NCBI RefSeq assembly: GCF_001194135.2
Contig: NC_068981.1
Coordinates: forward strand, 177,787,942-177,851,941
Length of the DNA: 64,000 bases
Direction: 5' to 3'
Source of the DNA: Octopus bimaculoides
Lineage: Eukaryota
Shown: positions 13,075-24,799 of the stretch, piece after piece
How positions within the stretch are numbered: the first letter of the stretch is position 1
Layout: each line of letters starts with the position of its first letter
The notes under the pieces: generated by a model
Seen by the model: the letters and a program-made list of their open reading frames with translations, nothing else
The model's database searches: none
What the model was told of the DNA's origin: nothing
Translations under genes and position numbers: made by a program

Positions 13075-13952
13075 ACATAGTCTGCTCAATGAGTATCTGG
13101 ACTGTTGCTATAGTAACGAAGCTAAAGAACACAGAGTGAAGCTGCTTGGAAAAGATTGACGTTGAACTCTGCTGTGCTTGTGCACTGAGTTTTAACATTC
13201 TAGCTCACTTCCACTGTTAACAGCAGTGCTTGGAAGGAAAGTGTGTAGCATGTGATTGTCGCATTGACCATGATAGAGAAAGTGGAGCAAAGAATCTGCA
13301 TCAAATTCTGCCAAAAGCTTGGCGATACCTGTTCAGAGGCCTATGCAAGGTTTTCAAAAGTTTTCATTGTTCTCAACACAATCAAGGAGATCTTGTGCTA
13401 CTGAAACCCAAGTGTCTTGTTGGTTAGCTGATAGTAGTTTTGGCACAAATTTGGTAGACATGTATCACATACTCAAATCTTCAGCAATAATAGACTGAAC
13501 TGAACCATAACTAGTCTGCACATCCTCTGATAACTCAATGATGGTGATTTGATGATCTCCCTTCAGAGCTACACACACATCAGCAATGTTTTTTCTGTTC
13601 TGCTGGTTGCAGGTCTCCCAGAACATTCGTCAATATCAACATTTTTTTGGCCATCTTCATAATGTCTGAAACACTCATACACTTGTGTGCGGTACACTCC
13701 TCTCCATACAGTTTTTACAACTTTCTTTAAGCCTCTGAGTAGGTATCACCATAACATCTTTCTCTGTCATGGTCAATGTGATGATCAAACGCTACACACC
13801 TTCCTACCAAGCACTGCTGTAAACAGCAGAAGTGAACTAGAACATTAAAACTTAGTGCACATGTACAACAGAGTTCAAGGTCAAGTTTTACTCTGAGTGT
13901 TCTAGCTTCATTACTATGGCAACAAACCGGATACTTATTGTTCAGACCTCAT
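13075..13952. mobile_element. Two 5' halves of a mariner element in inverted orientation
   Basis: Plus: MIEKVEQRICIKFCQKLGDTCSEAY. Minus: ECFRHYEDG..SGRPATS..KFVPKLL (13452-13432). Termini are inverted copies of about 250 bp. Confidence 0.8.
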
Positions 13953-15179
13953 ATATATGCATATATACATGTATATATTTATGCATATATATATACATAT
14001 ATATATATATAACATATATGTATGTATGTAAATGTATATTAAAACGTGTGTGTCTGAATGTGTGTGTGTGTGAATGCATAGGTACAAATGCATAGGTACA
14101 AAACCACAATTTTGGGGTGAAGAGATGAAGGTACAGTCAATTAAGATCAACCTCAGTTTTTCGCTGGTTGTTATTTTATCAACTCTGGGACAATGAAAGG
14201 CAAAGTTCGTTTTGGTGTGATTTTGAAGTGAGAGCAGGAAATGACATAACTGTGTAACATAAAGTATCTTGTCTGATGCTCTATTGATTCTGCCAATCAA
14301 TATATTAACAATTGCTTTTTCTATTTTTCTGAAACTTTTGTTTCACACCAGTCAAAGATAAAGAAAAATAAAAGAAATCAATAACCAACTTATAAATGTA
14401 TAGAATATTTTTAAAAGGGATTTTTACTTTCACACTTTTGATAGAAGATACATGCCCAGCGTTCCCTAAAGTGGAATTGAATTAGGAACCATATGGTTGT
14501 GCAGCAAATTATTAACCACACAACTATATTATTAACAGTGGTGTTATAGATAATGATGTACAAGTATCCTTCACAGCACATATGTCTTTGAAAATCTTGC
14601 AGTAATATATTTCCCAATGAGCATGTAAGTCACTGGGAAAACAGGTTTTGTTATAGAATTGTATGTTTTTGTGTTTGTGTGTGTTTTCCCTTTTTATTTC
14701 GTTAGTTGTGTATAAATTTTAAAATACAAAGAAGTTGCATAAAAAATGGTATGATACATTATTTACAAAGCAGAGAACAAAAAGCTCTTGGGAATGGAAT
14801 GAAGTAGTTCATTATTGAGAATGCACTGTTCAGGCTAGTGAGGCCATTGAGAATAATTATAGGAAAAACTATTGTCATTTTCATGAAGACCTGTAAAAAA
14901 ATTACTTCATATAAAGTCAATTTTAATTTTATTTACAAATTTCAAATTATGTTACATCAAGATTTTCAGGAAAGCAATGTTTCCAAATTGTAAGGGAAAC
15001 CTGTAGTTGATTAAATGCTCCAAATACAGAATGATTAGAACCTCACTATCAAACGTTATTGGGCCAATAAAATATCCTTAACATGACTAAGGCTGTTTCA
15101 CCTAGAATTACTTTAGAGGGACCAATAAATCAACGCACTAGACATACATAAGCTGTTTATGTACTTGGCTTTGTACCTA

Positions 15180-15962
15180 TACTCTTTTACTTGTTTCAGT
15201 CATTTGACTGTGGCCATGCTGGAGCACTGCCTTTAGTCGAGCAAATCGACCCCAGGACTTATTCTTTGGAAGTCTAGTACTTATTCTATCGGTCTCTTTT
15301 GCCGAACCGTTAAGTTATGGGGACGTAAACACACCACCATCGGTTGTCAAGCGATGCTGGGGGGACAAATACAGACACACAAACATACGTATATATATAT
15401 ATATCATCATCATCATCATCATCGTTTAACGTCCGCTTTCCATGCTAGCATGGGTTGGACGATTTGACTGAGGACTGNNNNNNNNNNNNNNNNNNNNNNN
15501 NNNNNNNNNNNNNNNNNNNNNNNNNNNNNNNNNNNNNNNNNNNNNNNNNNNNNNNNNNNNNNNNNNNNNNNNNNNNNNNNNNNNNNNNNNNNNNNNNNNN
15601 NNNNNNNNNNNNNNNNNNNNNNNNNNNNNNNNNNNNNNNNNNNNNNNNNNNNNNNNNNNNNNNNNNNNNNNNNNNNNNNNNNNNNNNNNNNNNNNNNNNN
15701 NNNNNNNNNNNNNNNNNNNNNNNNNNNNNNNNNNNNNNNNNNNNNNNNNNNNNNNNNNNNNNNNNNNNNNNNNNNNNNNNNNNNNATATATATATATATA
15801 CGTATATACGACGGGCTTCTTTCAGTTTCCGTCTACCAAATCCACTCACAAGGCTTTGGTCGGCCCGAGGCTATAGTAGAAGACACTTGCCCAAGGTACC
15901 ACACAGCGGGAATGAACCCGGAACCATGTGGTTGGTAAGCAAGCTACTTACCACACAGCCAC
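15180..15962 (-). mobile_element. Full-length SINE family B interrupted by an RTE 3' end and a gap
   Basis: Head at 15962-15808, 3' half at 15385-15180 (same 3' half follows the head at 16476 and 52900); RTE tail at 15404-15477. Confidence 0.7.
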
Positions 15963-16475
15963 TCCTGTGCCTATGTAGAAAGAAACCTTAGTATAAGAAA
16001 TAGTCTGCAACAGCTTAGTGGATGATGTTTCTTAGAAGTTTCTGATAATTGCCAAATGAATCTTGGACATTTACTTGATATTAGAACAAGAAGGAAATAA
16101 AATAGAATCACTTGGCAAAGTTCTGTAATAACTGAAAATTAACAAGTAGATAGTTTATAAGGATGACATGGAAAGTTCACAGAGAGACTGATATAACTAT
16201 CTAAACACCAGATAATTACTACAGCTGGTTTATCACACAAATATATCTGTGAGTATATCAATCTTCACAAGAGTGAAGTAAGTGGGAGTCTGATCTTAAT
16301 AATCCTTATCAGTTAGATTTCCTGTGTTTGGTATAAGGTGGGATGCTTCCAATTATTAGGAAAGTGTTCTAGCATTGCTTGTAAAAATATGAATCTGTAT
16401 AACTGTCTATGTAGTTGGTTAAACAAATCTAAGGAAAACCATTCGTAATAATATGATTAATTAATAGGTGTGGGC

Positions 16476-16784
16476 ATGGCTGTGTGGCAAGAAGTTTGCT
16501 TCCCAGCCTCATGGTTCCGCGTTCAGTCCTACTGTGTGGTACCTTGGGCAAGTGTTTTCTACTATAGCCTGAGGCTGACTAAAGCCTTATGAGTGAATTT
16601 GGTAGACAGAAACTGAAAGAAGCCCATTGTATACATATGTGTGTGTTTGTGTGTACCTTTTGTATCTCTGTTTGTCCCCCACCACTACTTCACTGCCAGT
16701 ATTGTTGTGTTTACATTCCCATAACTTAGTGGTTCAGCAAAAGAGACTGAATGAATTAGCACCACATAAAAAAAAAAGTACTGC
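16476..16784 (+). mobile_element. SINE family B copy (head, core, GT microsatellite, 3' half)
   Basis: Similarity to the 12529 and 52900 copies. Confidence 0.75.
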
Positions 16785-16844
16785 NNNNNNNNNNNNNNNN
16801 NNNNNNNNNNNNNNNNNNNNNNNNNNNNNNNNNNNNNNNNNNNC

Positions 16845-18470
16845 ATTATTATCATCATTATCATCATCATCATCGTTTAATGTCTGTTTTCCATGCTAGC
16901 AGGGGTTGGACGGTTTGACGTGGAGCTGACCAGCTGGGGAACTGTCTAGATTCAAATTTTTTGTTGTGGCATGGTTTCTACAGCTGGATGCCCTTCCTAA
17001 AATCAACCACTTAACAAAATGTGCTGAGTGCTTTTTATGTGTCACTGTCACAGGTGCACATCTGCAGCACTGGCATGGATGTGTTAATGCAGCACCAGTA
17101 TGGGTGTGTCAATGAAGCACTTGCATAGATGCATTTTATGTGGCACCAGGACTGGTAGAGGACAAGCCTGTATGAATGGAAAACAGTGATTGTACTTAGT
17201 TTGACTTGTCTTTTCGAATCTCCACAACTCCCAGTTCCTTGCCATTTCCTCAATGAAACCCAGCATCCAAAGATCCTTTCTCACCACTACATCCCATGTC
17301 TTCATGGGTCTACCCTTTCCACAGGTTCCTCCACAATTAGAGCTGGTACTTCTTTACACAGCTGTCCTCATCCATACACACCACATGATCAAACCAGTGC
17401 AGCCATCTCTCTTGTACACAATATTTGATGCCTCTTATACCCAGTTTTTCTCTTAAATCATTTATATTCTATCATGCATGCATACCAATATTACCCATCC
17501 TGCAGATCATGCTGGCTTCATTTCTTTCAAGCCTTCACAAGTCCTCTGTATTCAAAGCCCATGTTTTACTGCCATGTAACATAGCTGTATATACGCAGGC
17601 ATCATACAACCTGCCTTTTGCTCTGAGGGAAAGGCCCTTAGTTACCAACAAAAGTAGAAGCTCTCTGAACTTTGCCCAACCTGTTCTTATTCTAACAACT
17701 TTCAGAAGTTCCTCCTCCACTGTTAACTTGGTCTCCTAGGTAACAGAAGCTATCTATTACTTTTGATGATCCCTGTAAGCATTTGACGAAGTCTATTGTC
17801 TGCGCATTTTTAGTGCTTACTGTGCCCATACATTTGCCACACACAAAGACTATTTTCTTTGTTAACTTTCTTGTGATACTGCTATACCTCTTATGTGTTC
17901 AAAGTTTGCACTGGGTACAAGTACAATGTAGGGAGTTTCTACCAACACACTTCTTACATATCGAGCAGGGCCATCTCTCTGAAGAGACTTGTGATTTGTC
18001 TGTTTTCCTACTTACTAGGACTTTGGTTTTCGCTAAATTAACTGTAAGGCTCTTAGATTCCAAGCCTAGCTTCCACACCTGAAATTTCTTCTCAAGGTCA
18101 GGTAATGATTCAGCTATAAGAACAAAATCATCTGCATAGAAGAACTCCCAGAGGCAGCCAGGCTTGAATTCCTCTGTTAAGGCTTGGAGAACTAAGATAA
18201 ACAAGAAGGGATTGAGAACTGAACCTTGGTGAACTCCTACCTGTACACTGAATTCATTGTTATACTCATTGCCAGGACTCAGTTTACTGGCAGCACTCCT
18301 GTACAGCTCTCACTAACCACTCATCCATCCCTAGCTTCTGCATTGACCACCAGATAAGGGAGCAAGGGACTCTGTCAAGGGCTTTCTCCATGTTAGCAAA
18401 AGCCAGGTACAGAGGTTAATTTTTGACTAAATACTTCTCCTGAAGTTGCCTAACCAAGAATATAGGGCAA
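16845..18470 (-). mobile_element. Decayed RTE-clade LINE: RT, Cys-rich insert, C-terminus, 3'UTR, (GAT)n tail
   Basis: HQGSVLNPFLF; YADD at 18138-18127; WPCSICKKCVGRNSLHCT..CKL; RIRTGWAKFREL; LYDACVYTAMLHGSKTWA; KTWDVVVRKDL; frameshifts present. Confidence 0.9.
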
Positions 18471-20039
18471 TTCCATCATAACTGACACAACATTTACAAG
18501 AGTCTTTTAAAACTAAAAATGTTCTGGCATGTTACTTAAGCTAACTGAAATGTAATGACCCATGAACTCTTTAACTGCTGTGACCCATAAATATTGTTAC
18601 ATATGTATTGTAATTCTATGTTTGAACTAGCTTGTCTTAGAAAGAGTAAGTACTTGTGCAAATGGTGCAAAGAAAAAGATATGATACCTGATTTGATGGA
18701 AACCCTATGCAAAAAATTTACATGTGCAAACAATTTATATATCAAAAGAAACCTGAAGTGGTATGGAGGTTATACATGCTTTCATATTCAACACTATTGT
18801 TTAATACATGCTGTAGAGCCTTTGATAAAATGTAACTGATGCAATAGGTACATGTAACGGATGCAACATTTCTACCTAGAAATGTGTAACTGACACAACA
18901 CTGAAACTCGGATACCAATTAGTATTCCACATTTTTATTTTAATCAATCAGGAACATGAGAAATTGATCAAAAGGTAAAATCATACACAATAATGTTTCT
19001 TGAAGCTTGTTGCATAATGTCTTGGGTAATTCTATCTAGACATTTTACATGTATTGCAGGTAACTGTGGGAGCCCTACAATACAGCAAACCACTGATCTT
19101 AATGTGGCTGGAATTTCCATGAACACTGCACAAGCAGGGACATGTAATTGAAAATGTAAAGTACTGTGTATAAGAATAAAATTCTTCCTTACAGTATGTC
19201 ATAATGGTTGCATTGGTTTAAAGTAATTATTTGTCAGGATTTTGTAAACTAAACTTATAATGCCAAAACGTAACTGACACGACAAATTCTAATGGCCACA
19301 GTAAATTCTGATTTTGCTGACGAGCAGGATAATCTTCCAACGATACATCTTTGCAAGATGGAAAGTTAATTTTTTTCTAGGATGGAACTGGATACCTACC
19401 TTTTGTCTTTGCAGTCAAATTGTCATCTTCTAGACTGAGTAGATGGCTGTCCTGATCATATGACAATAATCCTGCAGAAACCTTTTACTTTTTTGATTCC
19501 TATTGGCTTATGGAAACATGAAAAATACATAAATCATGGGTAATTTTTGAGTGTTTGTCTCCTTTTGTGTTGAATTGCCCTATGGCATCAGTCATGCTTC
19601 CATCTGGCACAAATCCAAACTATATCTCATCTACACTAACTCTCTTCCTAATTAATTGAGCTATGACCCTTTCTGTGACTTTATTACCTGGTTCAGCAAT
19701 TTGATGCCTCATGACAACCTGATTAACTGTAAAGGTGACTAGGCCGGCCAAAATCTAATGATTGCAACAAGTAAAAGATAAAAGATAAAAGATAAAAGAT
19801 AATAAAAATACTGACTCTAAATTTTTTTAAAATATTTCTGTATTTTAAGTAAAAATTAAATTAATTGATTCCTCTGTTACTCTTGTAATATTTTAACTCA
19901 TAGTATATCTATATAGGTAGATATTTAGCTCATCAAAAATCACTGTTGCAATTGTTAAAGACTTTGGTCTTATTTTAAGCACCATGAAGCTAAAGCTGTT
20001 TCACCAGATATGCATAGATATGGTATCTGTTGGTAAACA

Positions 20040-20225
20040 TGCAGTATTTTGCATACCTCAGAACTCCAAGATAGCCGTGTGCCCTTAAGCTGTCTCATTA
20101 TCTTGCCATAGTTATATGAGGCTAAAATCAAATGGGATGTCTATGATGCAGTGGTACTTCTTGCACTGCTCTATACAGTGGAATATTGGACACTATACAG
20201 GAAACAAACATGAGTTCTTAATAGT
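20040..20225 (+). mobile_element. Old RTE-like LINE fragment
   Basis: KIKWDVYDAVVLLALLYTVEYWTLYRK resembles the post-RT motif K.KVY.AVV...LLY..E.WT.Y. Confidence 0.55.
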
Positions 20226-21813
20226 CTATGGCTACATTGTATGAGCTGTTGTGTATGAGCTGTTTGTGTTTTGTGTGTGTGTGTGTGTGTGTGTAATGAA
20301 CTTATTGTATACAGTACTCAGTGCACTAAAAGACTATTCAGCAGTTCAAGAAAAGCAATATGGTTATAACCAGCAATTTAAGACAAGATCTTGAGTTTGG
20401 TTCACCAGGAATTTACATCATATTCTATTGCATGTGCACCTTCTAGTTATTTTGCTTATAAAATCACTTTCTTCCAAAAGAATTATTAATTTCAAGCTTA
20501 AAATAAATACCAGCAACAAACTAATATCAGTGAATATTAATATTTTTTCACAAAAGAGGTGCAACATGTATTTGATCTGCAAATGTTGTTGGCAGCTGAT
20601 TAATCTTTTTAATGACAATCTTGTAAATAAAATTTGGATGTGATAGCATTTTTTTCTCCAGATATTTAACAAAACGTTTTCACTATTCTTACTTAAAGAA
20701 ACTAATATCAATAAGAAGTTTTGAACTAGTATTTCTAACTTAACCCTTTTAACACCAACCCACCTTTTACTCTATAAGCAGGATAACCTGGTTTGAAAGT
20801 GTTTATATTTAATGTAAAATTATCTAAAATAATTTCAAAAATCTTTTGTTATGTACCTAACACCAGATTCAAGATGAAAAAGAATGTTATTTTACTAAAT
20901 CCCACCAAATTCTTATTTTCAAAATCAATTGTAACACATAGAGTATTCAGTATGAGAACATTAGAATATTTTCCTTGGGTTTATGCAGAAAATACTTTGT
21001 GTTAGAATGAGAAAACTCTTAGTTTATGTACTTGCATCTTTTACATCCTAAACAATATTTACCAGATCATTTAAAATGCTTATTTCAGCTGCTGTTGTTT
21101 AGCTCTAGGTTTGATCTCTGACCAAATGAATTCCAGCCACAACCGTCTTACCTTTTTCACTCTCTTTAAAAAAAAGTGTAATTTGAGAAAGATTGAGCCA
21201 TTCTTTTGAGCAATTATATACTCTCAAATATTAATCTTAATCTGTGGTCATTTAGCACACCCCTATTCACCTTGCAATACTGATGGTTCTAAATTCCCAT
21301 CTCAGTGATACTGCTGCTAGAATAATATAATTAAAGTTCATTTTTTAATATCACAAACTTATAGATTGGTGAGAAGGTGAAAACTTCCCAATTCTGGTTA
21401 TGATTCCTAGTGTATCATGTGTTTAAACACCAGAAACTCATACATTCATGCATTCTGTATTTCACTCCATCAATTGCTTCAGTTACCTCTGTCCTACCCA
21501 GTTCAAATCTCACCACTCCAATGTCCCTCAAGAGTATGTCCCAACACATCTTTGCCATCATCTCTCTCAATATTGCTCTCTTCATCTTACTGACTTACCT
21601 GCTCTCTTTTACTATGTAGCCCATGTAAAAAGTACTGATGTTGGTACCATATAAAAAGCAGCCAGTATACTCTGTAAAATGGTTGACATTAGGAAGGGCG
21701 TCCAACCATAAAATCCATGCTTAAACAATGGCGCCCCCAGCCTTACAAGCTCCTGTCAAACCATCCAGTCCATGCCAGCATGGAAAACGAGCATTAAATG
21801 ACATTGATATATA

Positions 21814-22031
21814 TGAGAGGGTGCTGAAAAGTTCCTGGATTTGGGTAAAAGAAAATACAGGAGGATCAGTTAATTATAATTTTATTCAACATATTCCCCT
21901 CACAGATTTACACACTTATTGCAGCAGTCCTTCAGTTTTCCTAAGCCCTGCAAAAGAACTTGGAATGTTGGGCCTCCAACCAGGCCTTCTGCGATGCTCT
22001 TAAAGCCAGAAACTTTTCAGTACACCCTTAT
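21814..22031. mobile_element. Mariner-derived MITE / internal-deletion derivative
   Basis: TIRs GAGGGTGCTGAAAAGTTCCTGGATTT and AAAGCCAGAAACTTTTCAGTACACCCTT, TA flanks; minus strand retains the transposase end (AWLEAQHSKFF...KCVNL*GEYVE). Confidence 0.8.
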
Positions 22032-22042
22032 ATATATATATA

Positions 22043-22074
<32 letters not shown>

Positions 22075-22320
22075 CACCCACACAAATATATATATATAAA
22101 TATAATATTCAAAGATTGGAAACATAACATTAAATTTGAAGTAACAGCAAAGATTTCAGCCTCTAATAAATATGATGAAACTCTGCATCTTGTATTTAAT
22201 ACTTTTTTCTCTCTCTTTTTTTTTGCACAAATATTTCTCCCAGCCATAAAACTTATATATATAAATGTTTTTCTTTTTATTTATATTCGATGGATATTTG
22301 TCCTCATCTTGTTTGTTGTT

Positions 22321-22366
22321 AACACAACGTTTCGGCTGATATACCCTCCAGCCCTTTTCAGATGTC
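22321..22366 (-). ncRNA. Minimal hammerhead ribozyme motif (G8A core variant), inverted copy
   Basis: GACAT-CTGAAAA-G-GGCTG(GAGGGTATAT)CAGCC-GAAAC-GTT^GTGTT. Confidence 0.6.
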
Positions 22367-22446
22367 TTGGGCATATGGCTTAGTGGTTAAGAGCGCGGGC
22401 TACTAACCCCAAGAATCTGAATTTGATTCCAAGCAGTGACCTGAAC

Positions 22447-22490
<44 letters not shown>

Positions 22491-22542
22491 CAACATTGAA
22501 GAATACCTTAGGAATGAGAACCCAGGTTTGAAATTTCCCCAA

Positions 22543-22588
22543 GACACTTGAAGAAGGCTGGAGGGTATAACAGCCGAAACGTTGTGTT
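22543..22588 (+). ncRNA. Minimal hammerhead ribozyme motif (C3U core variant)
   Basis: GACAC-TTGAAGA-A-GGCTG(GAGGGTATAA)CAGCC-GAAAC-GTT^GTGTT: stem I 5 bp, stem II 5 bp, palindromic stem III AACGTT. Confidence 0.7.
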
Positions 22589-22779
22589 AACAACAAACAA
22601 GATTTTGACAAATATCCGTCGAATGTAAATAATGTACATAATTCCTCATTTCTTAAATATAGAAATGTTTTTCTTTGTTTGATAGTAAGAATGAGTACAT
22701 AACAACAATACTCAATTTCAGAACAAAATGTATTAAAGTAGAAAAGTAGTTTATTCACACACATCCATCGACAATAATA

Positions 22780-24181
22780 CAAGGGTGGGCTGACTATGAA
22801 ACAGTGGTGCAAGAGCTGTGAAATCTTGCATCCATTAATTTCATCTCTTTTTATTAATACTGCATTGTTTCTTTCTGAGTAAAGTGATATCTGACTGTTC
22901 AAAGAAGGCTTCAAAAGTAACTAGATGTGATTTCTCTTGAAAATGCACAAAATTTGGCATTATGCTGTTTCAAGTACCAGCAGAAAAATGGTTTAGCTCC
23001 CAAAGGTATTCATGATGAAATGGTTGCTACATTAGAGGATAATGCTCCAGCTTTATCAACAGTGCAAAAGTGGCTAACAGAATTTAGAAGGGGAACAAAT
23101 AATCTTGGACCATGACCCAAGGTTTGGACGTCCTGCAACTGCTATCATCATCATCGTTTAACGTCCTCTTTCCATGCTAGCATGGGTTGGACGATTTGAC
23201 TGAGGACTGGTGAAACCAGATGGCTACACCAGGCTCCAATCTGATCTGGCAGAGTTTCTACAGCTTGATGCCCTTGCTAACACCAACCACTCCGAGAGTG
23301 TAGTAGGTGCTTTTACGTGCCACCGGCACGAAGGCCAGTCAGGCGGTACTGGCAACGGCCACGCTCAAAATGGTGTATTTTACGTGCCTCAGGGAAAACA
23401 TTGATCATGTTCACCATATAATGGATGACAGGCAATTGACTTAAATCAAATAGCCAATGCTATTAGTGTATTCCATGAGACAGTTGAGAATATTCTGCAC
23501 AATACACTTGGCTTGGGTACCATGTCTTTTGACACTTGATATTGTTTCTTTCAATGTATCCAAAATCAGGGTGAGTGTTGGGTTCATCACTTTAAGCCAG
23601 AGACAAAAAGACAATCCATGTAGTGGAAATCCTTACCTACTTCAAAGAAAGTCAAGCTTGTTTCATCCGCAAGGAAGGTGATGGCCTCAGTTTTTTATGA
23701 TGCAAAAGGCATTGTGTTTATTGACTATCTTCAAAAGGGCCACATTACCAATGGAAAGTACTGTGACAACTTGTTGAAACAGTAACAAGAAGCTATCAAG
23801 AAAATGACAAAAGGGGTCTTGTCTCATCAGGACAATATTCCAGCACACAAGTCCTTGGTTTTAATGGTTGCTGTGCATGACTGTGGCTTTTAACTGGTTG
23901 ATTACCCTATTCTCGTGATTTGGCCCCCGACTATCATCTATTCCTCAACATGAAAAAACACTTGGCTGAGAACCAGTATCACAGTGATGATATCTACTGT
24001 TGGTAATATTATTTTGAGCAACAGAATGAAAACTTTTTCACCAATTGGATCCAAGCACTGCAACACCAATGGAAGAAGTATGTGGGTCACAAAGTGGACT
24101 ATGTTGAAAAATAAACCTCATTTGGTCATACTCCATGACAGTATGTCAGTCAGCCTATTAACTTTCCTGTTAGCCCTTACA
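22780..24181 (+). mobile_element. Near-full-length decayed mariner transposon
   Basis: IHDEMVATLEDNAPALSTVQKWLTEFRRG; GKVMASVFYDAKGIVFIDYLQKG; HQDNIPAH; PYSRDLAP-DYHLF; imperfect TIRs; multiple stops and frameshifts. Confidence 0.88.
23143..23389 (-). mobile_element. RTE 3' end inserted into the mariner transposase
   Basis: Interrupts GRPATA/ENIDHV; high similarity to the 52204 and 60302 copies. Confidence 0.85.
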
Positions 24182-24799
24182 GTTCTTGTTAAATTTCTTC
24201 AACCACATCATTTATTTTTATTCTACACTGGCATGAAATAAATCTTTAGTTTCAGCCTAGTAACAGACAAATTTGCTGCCAAGAACTTTTCTCCAATTTT
24301 TTGCAAATTATCTTACAATTTTTAACTTCTTTCTTTCCCACTACAAATTGGTTAATACTAACTGCTATGAGCAAATAAAAGTCCAATACAAAATTTTATA
24401 TCATTTTTCGTTTGTTTTCTTTTTAATTATATCCTGTTTTACTGCCTACAACTTTTACCAAAGGGAATTAATAATTTTTAATGAGTAGAGTTGCAACAGA
24501 TAATTATTTAAAATAAAGCACTTAGCTTAAGGACTCAGGTAATGCATAGAACTCACCAGGACTTAATAAGATAATTCCGTATTACACTGCTTATCTCCTT
24601 ATTAATATCTTGAGGGTGAATTAGATTTCCAAGGTTACAATTAACCATTTACATAGGACACATTTTGGTCTTCTCCATCATTTGAACTCCTAGACATAAT
24701 GTACATCAAGAAGTTAAAGTGCAAGTCACATACTAGAGTTGATATAATCAACCCTTTTCTACTAAAATAGCTGGCCTTCTGCCAAAATTCAAACATCAT

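Larger units (their letters stand above)
22277..22660 (+). mobile_element. tRNA-headed element with inverted arms, each containing a minimal type I hammerhead motif
   Basis: Arms 22277-22371 and 22538-22632 (85/95 identical); A box TGGCTTAGTGG at 22376; degenerate B box at 22419-22430; (AAT)n spacer. Confidence 0.8.
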
